IMG/VR virus record: IMGVR_UViG_3300037423_002015
Coordinates: 1-38,700 of that record
DNA from: a virus
Taxonomy: Duplodnaviria; Caudoviricetes
Reading direction: 5' to 3' (one strand)
DNA length: 38,700 nt
A program made the position numbers and the translations under genes. The notes beneath the pieces were generated by a model that searched no databases, was not told the DNA's origin, and saw nothing but the letters and a program-made list of their open reading frames with translations. The stretch's first letter is position 1. The number at the start of each line of letters is the position of its first letter. Below are positions 28,189 to 34,917 of this stretch, in pieces.

Positions 28189-28837
28189 TGATTCGCCAGA
28201 AATATTGCGCCCGGTATATCAGTTTTGGAAGGAAAACTGGAACCGTGAGTTTCGCGATCAAGGTTTACATGGAATCACTTCCGACAATTCTGACGATTTT
28301 TGGTCGGCGGATTCAATTCGGGTCGTTTATTTGAACGGCATGGTTGTTTCCCTAATGATCGAGAGCCAGTTCGATCTGGGCCTGGAATGGGATCGCGCAC
28401 ATTCCTATTTTAATGGATATCCTCCGGAGCTTTTCGATGGTGGCCCGCGAAAGGTTACCGCTTTGAGGTATTTTGTAGTGGCGCCGGAGTTCAGAAAAGA
28501 CAGCGAACTTCAGGTTGGATCTACCACTCTTGCGCTTTGCTTCGATGCATTTATGCGCTCGGATTCAAAGCATTTAATTGGAATGACATTAAGGCGGCTC
28601 GGGGCTCACAATCTCTGCATGAAGTTTGGAATGCAAATCATTGGCTCTGGGAGGGAAAGCAAGCATGGTGTCGGCGTAGCCTACGTCATTGTCGATAAGG
28701 AGCGACTAAACCATTTGATGATTAGTAGATTGATTAAGGGCATCTCAAATCAGTTCGAGTCTCGGCCTACTCTCGAAAGGGGCAGCAAAGATCTGCTCGG
28801 TGCGATGGCTTACAAAAAAACCGGCAAGGCCGGATGA
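28154..28837 (+). CDS. GNAT-fold acyltransferase (LuxI / N-acyl amino acid synthase-like)
   Basis: LRYFVVAPEFRK..ELQVG (motif A) and AHNLCMKFGMQ (motif B), with an N-terminal helix then SDDF. Overlaps the HDO gene. Confidence 0.65.
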   Translation: MNPLKTASLRHSDSPEILRPVYQFWKENWNREFRDQGLHGITSDNSDDFWSADSIRVVYLNGMVVSLMIESQFDLGLEWDRAHSYFNGYPPELFDGGPRKVTALRYFVVAPEFRKDSELQVGSTTLALCFDAFMRSDSKHLIGMTLRRLGAHNLCMKFGMQIIGSGRESKHGVGVAYVIVDKERLNHLMISRLIKGISNQFESRPTLERGSKDLLGAMAYKKTGKAG

Positions 28838-29383
28838 CATCCAGTTATAGACTGGCGCCGCGATTCCAAGTTTCATGTTCCAGTAAGTATTGATTTTTTT
28901 CGATTCCAATTTCTCCCAGACTTTATGAGCAGGGACAGAAAACTTGATCGTCTTCCGTTGGGCGAGGACGGGAGCAATCTGTTCCTGAACCAAGGGAATG
29001 TAGTCAGATTCACGCTCATAGAGCTCGAAGTTCGACTGCATCATCAATCTGACAAGGCTATAGGTTTTGAAGCGCAAGAACGAGGCCGAGCGATAGAGTT
29101 GGGAGAAGTCGGCACTATAAATTTCAAACACGTTGTCTTGGCCAGAAAAAGCCTCGTCCAGGGTGTCCTGGTCGATTCGGAAATTATTTAGATCAAGGAA
29201 CCTTTCGAGCATAAATCGCTCAGTCTTAAGTGACATGTCGCCTTGATCTAGTTCCGAATAAATTTTGAAATAAAGCTCAATTTGTTTGCCCAGCTCGGGG
29301 GTGATCTCGGTCAAATGTTCGGCAGGTTTGTCAAACGCCCGAGATAGACGCTCAAACATCAAAGCATAATTTAAGCTTGTCAT
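28745..29383 (-). CDS. Stand-alone PAS/MEKHLA-like sensor protein
   Basis: VFEIYSADFSQLYRSASFLRFKTYSLVRLMMQSNFELYE...LVQEQIAPVL follows the PAS pattern i.i.d..g.i.y.N.af....Gys..el.g....el. AAGG SD. Confidence 0.55.
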   Translation of the reverse strand: MTSLNYALMFERLSRAFDKPAEHLTEITPELGKQIELYFKIYSELDQGDMSLKTERFMLERFLDLNNFRIDQDTLDEAFSGQDNVFEIYSADFSQLYRSASFLRFKTYSLVRLMMQSNFELYERESDYIPLVQEQIAPVLAQRKTIKFSVPAHKVWEKLESKKINTYWNMKLGIAAPVYNWMSSGLAGFFVSHRTEQIFAAPFESRPRLELI

Positions 29384-29446
29384 AGGACCTTCTTTGCCTT
29401 AGCTACTAAATAAACAACGCGAGAGGGCCAACTAAGGTTTACCACC

Positions 29447-29707
29447 ATGGACCATGCATTTAAAGAATCAGTGATGAAGCGTGAATATTTGATAATGTTG
29501 GCCAATGAGTTTTCAGTTTTTGCGGGGGCCCAGGCCTTCAATGTGGCTGGCGGAACTGCTGATGATGTTGCTCATTTGCTTGAAATGGATGAAGCCAAGA
29601 TCGATGAGGTCATTAGCCAATTTCAGAAAATGCTACTTGTCCTCCAACAGACCTACATGCCGTATTCGAAGTTTAAAACCACCGCTTTAGGTATCGCGGA
29701 AGATTAG
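29447..29707 (+). CDS. Small hypothetical protein between the PAS-like gene and the repressor
   Basis: 86-aa ORF divergent from the PAS-like gene, with a 4-nt stop overlap with cI. Confidence 0.55.
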   Translation: MDHAFKESVMKREYLIMLANEFSVFAGAQAFNVAGGTADDVAHLLEMDEAKIDEVISQFQKMLLVLQQTYMPYSKFKTTALGIAED

Positions 29708-30267
29708 CGCGATTTCTTTGAAACCTTCGGCTTCGGAGTCATCGGAATCTTAGGTCTCTGAGAAGCCGGCATTTTTTCATAATGTTTGGTGAATGTGTCG
29801 GTGCGAAGTGCATGCAGGGCGATTTTGAAATGGTCGCGCATTACGGCCGGCAATTTCGGATGATAGGTTGCTAAATTTTCGAAATTCTTCGTTTCTTCCA
29901 TAAGAAGGTTGAGCCGTTCAATCTCAGCGTTTAGGCGATCGATTTCGGCGGTTAGATTTTTGACCTCACTTGTTGCCCCTGCGGCAGGAAGTCGTTCTTC
30001 GAGAATTTGAAGAATTTTAGACTCGTTCCTTGCCAGATCCGAAAGCGTTATTTTGTCGGGCGCGGGCGCCCCCAAAAACATGCTTGGTTCAACTTGGAGC
30101 TTTGCGGCGATTTCAAAGAGCTTGGTGGTGCTGATCTCTGATTCGCCTGCTTCGATCCTCTGCAACTGGCGAGAAGAGAGTCCAATATCACGCGCAAATT
30201 CCGGCTGTTTTATACCAGCGGCCTCTCTAAGCGTTTGAATTCTCTGGCCAACTTCTCGCGCGCTCAT
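29704..30267 (-). CDS. cI: CI-like repressor (XRE HTH), no S24 peptidase domain
   Basis: VGQRIQTLREAAGIKQPEFARDIGLSSRQLQRIEAGE...LFEIAAKLQV. The C-terminus is coiled coil. Divergent from cro. Confidence 0.88.
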   Translation of the reverse strand: MSAREVGQRIQTLREAAGIKQPEFARDIGLSSRQLQRIEAGESEISTTKLFEIAAKLQVEPSMFLGAPAPDKITLSDLARNESKILQILEERLPAAGATSEVKNLTAEIDRLNAEIERLNLLMEETKNFENLATYHPKLPAVMRDHFKIALHALRTDTFTKHYEKMPASQRPKIPMTPKPKVSKKSR

Positions 30268-30274
30268 AAACTCC

Positions 30275-30303
30275 ATTTTGCCCGACATGCAATGTCGGAT
30301 AAA
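30275..30303 (-). promoter_or_regulatory. PRM-like weak promoter for cI
   Basis: On the minus strand TTTATC-17 nt-CAAAAT, with operator 1 in the spacer. ATG lies 7 nt downstream. Confidence 0.5.
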
Positions 30304-30350
30304 CGACATCCGACGTCGTATTTCGCTTGAAATGCGACATAAAATGTCGT
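30282..30350. promoter_or_regulatory. Three operator palindromes CGACAT-N3-ATGTCG
   Basis: CCGACAT-GCA-ATGTCGG (30282-30298), ACGACAT-CCG-ACGTCGT (30303-30319), GCGACAT-AAA-ATGTCGT (30334-30350). Confidence 0.9.
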
Positions 30351-30355
30351 ACGTT
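30327..30355 (+). promoter_or_regulatory. PR-like sigma70 promoter for cro
   Basis: TTGAAA-17 nt-TACGTT, with operator 3 filling the spacer. Confidence 0.7.
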
Positions 30356-30361
30356 GTGCAA

Positions 30362-30604
30362 ATGAAGAGACGACTCGACCGCAAGACGATGATTGCTTGG
30401 AAGGAAAAGGTTGGCGGCGACGCTGAGGCAACGAAACTCGTAATGAGCTGCCTCAAATGTTCACCGTCCAAAGCAGCCAAGGTCGCCTCTGGACATTACC
30501 CAAGCTCTCCTAGGCCGCTTGAGCGCGAAGCCTTGGCGAGATTAGTGGGCGTTGAGGAATCTGAGCTTTTCCCGGTGGCAGCCGGTAAGAGCCGAGCTTC
30601 CTAA
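30362..30604 (+). CDS. cro: Cro-like HTH regulator
   Basis: 80 aa, divergent from cI. CSPSKAAKVASG..P......ALARLVGVEESELF HTH pattern. Confidence 0.8.
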   Translation: MKRRLDRKTMIAWKEKVGGDAEATKLVMSCLKCSPSKAAKVASGHYPSSPRPLEREALARLVGVEESELFPVAAGKSRAS

Positions 30605-30631
30605 TAAATTAATGTTGTTTGCTTAATATAT

Positions 30632-30895
30632 GTGCAACGCGAGAATTGCAACGCGCAAGGCAGATGTGCGTCTTTTTTACAGGAGTTGACTGTGACCGCC
30701 GCATTCAAACTGTGGAATCCTCTTGGCTGGTTTGTGCGAATCCCCCGCAAGGCCAGACGGCGCACCCGTCGCGAAATTCTAGTAGATATACATCGTGTTA
30801 TTGCGAAGGCACAGATTCGATCGGGTGATCCGGTTGCTCAGGCATGCGCGCTCTCGAGTATCGCTTCGATTGTCCGGGCGGAGTTGGGAAGATGA
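30632..30895 (+). CDS. Hypothetical protein
   Basis: ORF after cro. Start uncertain. Confidence 0.4.
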   Translation: MQRENCNAQGRCASFLQELTVTAAFKLWNPLGWFVRIPRKARRRTRREILVDIHRVIAKAQIRSGDPVAQACALSSIASIVRAELGR

Positions 30896-30947
30896 AGAGG
30901 CAATTCGACACTGGGGCGGGTTGAAGATGTTCAACAGGGGGAAATAC

Positions 30948-31190
30948 ATGAAGGTAATGACTGAGGCGGTCTTTGATCTGCACCTCAATATTGTGGGTAG
31001 CTGCCAGCTCATTGACGGCAGAATCGAGTGCGACATCGAAAGCGTCCAGGCGCTTGGCCAACCGATCGAACTTAGCGCTCTTCCGAGCGAAGCGCATAAA
31101 GCGATCAAACAGCGCCTGTGGAGCGTAGCGCTCTGCCAGCGCCGCCCAGATGGAGACGGCGAAAGCGCTGTGACAACGGGGGAGCCGTGA
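30948..31190 (+). CDS. Hypothetical protein
   Basis: AGGGGG SD before ATG 30948. Confidence 0.6.
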   Translation: MKVMTEAVFDLHLNIVGSCQLIDGRIECDIESVQALGQPIELSALPSEAHKAIKQRLWSVALCQRRPDGDGESAVTTGEP

Positions 31191-31235
31191 GCACACGCCT
31201 TTTCGCATGGGTTTTGAAACGTTGAATGATTAAAG

Positions 31236-31386
31236 CCCGACCGCTCTTGCGTGTGACCCCATGGCCAAACCTACCAATGGCCACGGGCGCGTGAGAGCGG
31301 CGGGAGAGTGTTTTCCCGGCGGCGGGCGCCTTATGAGAACGGCAGCGCTGGACAAGAGCGCTGTTGCCTTGCCACCGCCGTCGGGA
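31236..31386 (+). ncRNA. Candidate structured RNA (two long tandem hairpins) upstream of xis
   Basis: Outer stems 31236-31304 and 31314-31386 pair extensively, and the apparent mismatches are G-U wobbles on the + strand. Confidence 0.5.
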
Positions 31387-31417
31387 CGTCTATATGAAGG
31401 GGAATTGGGGGAGGCAT

Positions 31418-31612
31418 ATGGCCGAGAAGAAATTGCCCATGCTGCTCACGACAAGATCGTTCCAGGAGCACATCATCAATTGGTCGGACGACACGATTCG
31501 GCGTCGAATCCAGCATGAAGGATTGCCAGGCAAGCGCGATGGCAAGAGCTACATTTTTTGCACCAACGAAGTGCTCGAATGGTTCGCGCGGAAGGGTTTG
31601 AAAGTCGGATGA
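31418..31612 (+). CDS. xis: Excisionase (HTH_17/MerR-like)
   Basis: WSDDTIRRRIQHEGLPGKRDGKSYIF...EVLEWF. GGAGG SD and ATGA overlap with int. Confidence 0.82.
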   Translation: MAEKKLPMLLTTRSFQEHIINWSDDTIRRRIQHEGLPGKRDGKSYIFCTNEVLEWFARKGLKVG

Positions 31613-32727
31613 GTCAGCGACTCAAGCAACTCATTAATGAACAGGGCGGTCGTGAGGCTGACCTTTGGGTCGACGAGAAGACTAAGGTGATCTATTTCCT
31701 GAAGTCGATCGAGGGCAAGAAGGTCAAGTTCTCCACAAAAGTAAAGGCCCCCGATGTTCGTAAGGCCCGGCGTGAGGCGAATCGTCTCCTCGCAAAACGG
31801 ATCAACAAATCTAAGGAGCAGGAAGTCACCCTCATCAAGGATGAGCTGGCACACTGGCTTGTCGTTAAAGAAAACGAAGGCCTTGCATACGACACTTTGA
31901 ACAACGTCAAACGTGCGAAGCGCCAAATCGAAGCCTATTGGGGAATAAAGCAAATTCACGAGTTGAACACTGACGGAATGCCGAAGTGGTATCAATGGTG
32001 GCGCGAGAATAACCCAGAGATCGAGATGGAAAACGCCGTAAAATATTTGCGGAATTTCTGCGACTACCTTGCTTCCAAAATCGTCGACGATAAACCTTTG
32101 CTTGCGATTGTGCCGAAGATCTCTGACCCGAACTACAAAAAGACTCGTCGTGCCCGAAAGAAGAAGAAAGAGAGAATTATAACACCGGCCGAGCTAAAGA
32201 CGATTGTCGAGAAGGCCGCCAACGAAGATGAGGCCACGGTGATTTTGATCATGTACACAATGGCTACGCGAATCACCGAGACCCTCACAATGTCGTTTGG
32301 CCAAGAGATTGTGCTCGATAAGGATACACCGATCTATCGTTGGGCCGACGGACAGAATAAAGCTGATCACGATGGCTACCACGCGCTTCATCCGATACTA
32401 GTTCCGCGACTTCGCCGGCTTCGCGATCGCAGAATGGACGAGGGAACAACCCGTCTCTTCCCGCAGCAAAGAGATAATCAGGCTCCCCTTAAAGAGCAAC
32501 AGATTGACTGGGCTGGTTGGCGCAAGCGCGCTGATCTTGGCTGGCACTGGACCCCGCACACGTTCCGTCACACATGTCTTTCGAACCTTTTCAATAACGA
32601 GAAGAATCCGCAGGCGCTGATCCTCAAGCTTTACCGCGTGAGTCTCGCCGTCGCGCTCGAAACCTATGTGAAGCCCACCCAGTCAGGCATCGAGAAAATG
32701 AGAACTGCAATTGAGGTTGAGCTATGA
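31609..32727 (+). CDS. int: Tyrosine integrase
   Basis: Catalytic R (MATRITE), K (QNK), HxxR (PHTFRHT) and Y (LETYVK). Confidence 0.92.
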   Translation: MSQRLKQLINEQGGREADLWVDEKTKVIYFLKSIEGKKVKFSTKVKAPDVRKARREANRLLAKRINKSKEQEVTLIKDELAHWLVVKENEGLAYDTLNNVKRAKRQIEAYWGIKQIHELNTDGMPKWYQWWRENNPEIEMENAVKYLRNFCDYLASKIVDDKPLLAIVPKISDPNYKKTRRARKKKKERIITPAELKTIVEKAANEDEATVILIMYTMATRITETLTMSFGQEIVLDKDTPIYRWADGQNKADHDGYHALHPILVPRLRRLRDRRMDEGTTRLFPQQRDNQAPLKEQQIDWAGWRKRADLGWHWTPHTFRHTCLSNLFNNEKNPQALILKLYRVSLAVALETYVKPTQSGIEKMRTAIEVEL

Positions 32728-32736
32728 ATTTTAATA

Positions 32737-32985
32737 GTTGCGAATTCGTTACGGCTGAAAATTCAAATCGACAAAAGTCTGGTTGGTTTCAGGAAGTTAA
32801 GAAAATGTGTGGCGTCCCCTACGAGATTTTTCGCATTTGGGATGCGCACGGGAGAATTGTTTCTAAGCTATCAGAATCTTTCCGGTTTCTAGTGAGACCT
32901 ACTAGATTCTGCATCAAACCTCAAAAACAACTGAACGCAATAGAACGCAAACGCCGCGCATGGTGGGTTGCGAATTCGTTACGGC
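32737..32985. other. attP region: tRNA-derived core flanked by arm-type repeats
   Basis: Core 32810-32829, reverse complement AAATCTCGTAGGGGACGCCA. A 19-bp direct repeat GTTGCGAATTCGTTACGGC lies at 32737-32755 and 32967-32985. Confidence 0.85.
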
Positions 32986-33086
32986 CTCGCCTGCTGCACG
33001 CCGGGTCCTCGCCTTGAATCGCTGAACTTTGATTATAGCACCACAACGTCAGATCGCAACAGTGAAGCCAGTCCGGGGGGAAAACA

Positions 33087-33971
33087 ATGGCACGCACAAA
33101 CATCGAAGAAGAAGCACATCGTCGCGTTTCCAAATTGGCGCAGCTGATGCAGTGTTCGGACCGTGAGGCTCTGGGCACCGTCAGCTTTCTATGGACGGAC
33201 AGCCAGGACATCTTGGCGACCCATGGCACTCGAGATCAGATCTTGGAATGGGCTCATCTATTCAACGCCTCAGATGAGCTTTGTGAAAAATGGTTGTCTG
33301 CCCTCCAAAAATCCAGGTTCATTTCGGCCCCGCAAAATGGCGAATTTGAAATTCACGGGAACAAGACGCAAATCGAGAACAGGATTGTCTACTCATCGCG
33401 CGCAGCTAAGGGTGGGAAAGCTCTAAAGAAAAAATGGAAGGAAAAGAAGAAGCTAGAAGCAGGCTTGAAGCAAGCCTCAAGCTCACGTAAGAGGGGCCGC
33501 AAGCCCTCGCCAAGCTCCTCAAAGCAAGGCAGTGCAATCCAGGGCAATTCAGAGCAAGAAAAACCTGTAGAAGAGGCCGCTGCTGGGAGTCCTCCAGCTG
33601 GGGAAGGGGCGGCACATTCCGTAATCGTTCACACCTTCCAAAACTCTCTCATTGAGTCGGTTCTCCGATTCGTCCCTGAAGCGATTCAACAAGGCTGGGT
33701 GGACGAGTATGAACCTTCCTGGCTCAAATCCGTTCTTTTGAAGGGTATTCAGCGCAAGATTGCCGACGCTGGCGCCCACACACCCTGCCAGGTTTCGGAT
33801 TGGCCCTCCAAGCTTGTTACGTGGGTGGCAAACGAAAAAGACCCTCTGCGCCGAAAGCAGGAATCCCCGCGCGTAATGGAGCCCAAAAGAGAATGGGATC
33901 CAAGCGCAAAAGAGCGCGCCCTGCAAGATCCCGAAGTCGCCGCTAATCTCGCCAAGCTGAGGATCATGTGA
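33087..33971 (+). CDS. Putative replication initiator
   Basis: N-terminal A.G....LW helical/wHTH-like domain, R..A.KGG....KKW basic helix, low-complexity linker with DNA repeats and a C-terminal ...W....TW domain. Position fits. Confidence 0.65.
   Translation: MARTNIEEEAHRRVSKLAQLMQCSDREALGTVSFLWTDSQDILATHGTRDQILEWAHLFNASDELCEKWLSALQKSRFISAPQNGEFEIHGNKTQIENRIVYSSRAAKGGKALKKKWKEKKKLEAGLKQASSSRKRGRKPSPSSSKQGSAIQGNSEQEKPVEEAAAGSPPAGEGAAHSVIVHTFQNSLIESVLRFVPEAIQQGWVDEYEPSWLKSVLLKGIQRKIADAGAHTPCQVSDWPSKLVTWVANEKDPLRRKQESPRVMEPKREWDPSAKERALQDPEVAANLAKLRIM
33461..33557. repeat. Candidate replication origin repeats within the initiator gene
   Basis: Palindrome AGGCTTG-AAG-CAAGCCT, several CAAGC copies, and GCAA at exact 10-bp spacing (33524, 33534, 33544, 33554). 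Confidence 0.45.
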
Positions 33972-34330
33972 CAGATCAGTTTTTTGAAGATCAATGGGGA
34001 ATCCTCGCGAGCCGTCTTGGGCCCGATCTGACTGATGAGCTCAAGGATCAGGTCCAATACGAGCTTCGCGAAATGGACGATCGCGCGTTCGGGCTCGTCG
34101 TCTCCTTCATCCTTCGCAAGCATTCGAATCTGATGCCTCCGTATTTGTCTGACTTTCTCGAATGCCGCGAGAGCTGGCAACGAAAGAAGGTTCAGTCTAT
34201 GGCGAACGATGCGGTTCGCTCGGCGAATGGAGAATGGTGCAACAAATCGATCTCGGAAATCTTTGGCGGAGAATCGACGACCGCTCTTCAAGCTCTTGAG
34301 AACGCAAAGAAGAAAAGACCCGAAAAATAA
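33968..34330 (+). CDS. Putative helicase loader/replication accessory protein
   Basis: GTGA-coupled to the initiator. L..MDD..F...V..I......MPP.LSDF resembles G39P/P-like proteins. Confidence 0.45.
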   Translation: MTDQFFEDQWGILASRLGPDLTDELKDQVQYELREMDDRAFGLVVSFILRKHSNLMPPYLSDFLECRESWQRKKVQSMANDAVRSANGEWCNKSISEIFGGESTTALQALENAKKKRPEK

Positions 34331-34352
34331 ACAACCACCGTTGGGGGGGGCT

Positions 34353-34679
34353 ATGAATTCTGAAAAAGAACATCTGCAGGGCTACGAAAGCGATCCAGTA
34401 AATCACCCGCATTATTACACAAGCCATCCGTCTGGCCTGGAATGCATCCAGGTCACGCGGCATATGAGCTTTAACCTTGGCAATGTAGTCAAATATCTAT
34501 GGCGCGCCGACCTCAAGGGCGGGACGGAAGATCTGAAAAAGGCCGCTTGGTATCTAAACGACGAAATCGAAAAGCGAGAGCGCGCTGAGCTCGTTGAGCG
34601 AGCATGCTGTTCAGGCTGTGGATACATGCGCGAATACTGCAAATGCATTGGGGAGCGGACGAATGGCGAATTCGCGTAA
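34353..34679 (+). CDS. DUF3310 family protein
   Basis: DPVNHPHYY....LECI......F.LGNVVKYLWRA..KGG.EDLKKA.WYL. Confidence 0.9.
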   Translation: MNSEKEHLQGYESDPVNHPHYYTSHPSGLECIQVTRHMSFNLGNVVKYLWRADLKGGTEDLKKAAWYLNDEIEKRERAELVERACCSGCGYMREYCKCIGERTNGEFA

Positions 34680-34917
34680 CCGAGCTCAATTCGATATTCG
34701 CATGGAGTTTGACTTGGATAGCGGTGACCTTTCTGCAGATCAGCTCGGAGCGCACAAGATTGCGCTGCAAAAAGATCCGATTGAATGGTTCGCCAAGCGA
34801 TGGCACGACCCAGATCTCTTCATGGAAGTGAGATGCAAGATCCGCACGCCGGGCCAACAGAACGAAGACCGAAAACGAAGACAGAAACGAGATCAGAAAT
34901 CATGGAGGAAAGTATGA
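34663..34917 (+). CDS. Hypothetical protein
   Basis: GGGGAG SD. Overlaps both neighbours. Confidence 0.6.
   Translation: MANSRNRAQFDIRMEFDLDSGDLSADQLGAHKIALQKDPIEWFAKRWHDPDLFMEVRCKIRTPGQQNEDRKRRQKRDQKSWRKV

Noticed and set aside
28154-28837. GNAT toxin of a toxin-antitoxin pair
   Set aside because: There is no adjacent RHH/DUF1778 antitoxin. The protein is larger and coupled to an oxidase, which favours a biosynthetic role.
29231-29240. Extra CI operator in the PAS-like gene (TGACATGTCG)
   Set aside because: The half-sites overlap without the N3 spacer. I saw no full operator near the cassette, so direct CI control of it is unsupported.
30268-30480. Long N-terminal extensions of cI (from 30480) and cro (from 30278) in the ORF track
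   Set aside because: They would overlap each other and the operators and promoters. The HTH domains begin near 30267 and 30362.
31261-31518. 85-aa ORF upstream of xis
   Set aside because: It has no SD, its start is buried in a hairpin, it overlaps xis out of frame and its composition reflects GC-rich stems.
32810-32829. tRNA gene
   Set aside because: Only the last 20 nt or so resemble a tRNA, with no D or anticodon arm. It is an att core.
32737-32985. 19-bp direct repeats as a mini-CRISPR or IS target duplication
   Set aside because: The spacing of 230 bp and the position around the tRNA-like core fit integrase arm sites. No transposase is present.
32724-33017. 97-aa ORF after int
   Set aside because: It spans attP core and arm sites and has no recognisable features. 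It is ATGA-coupled to int, so translation is not excluded, but I cannot support it as a gene.
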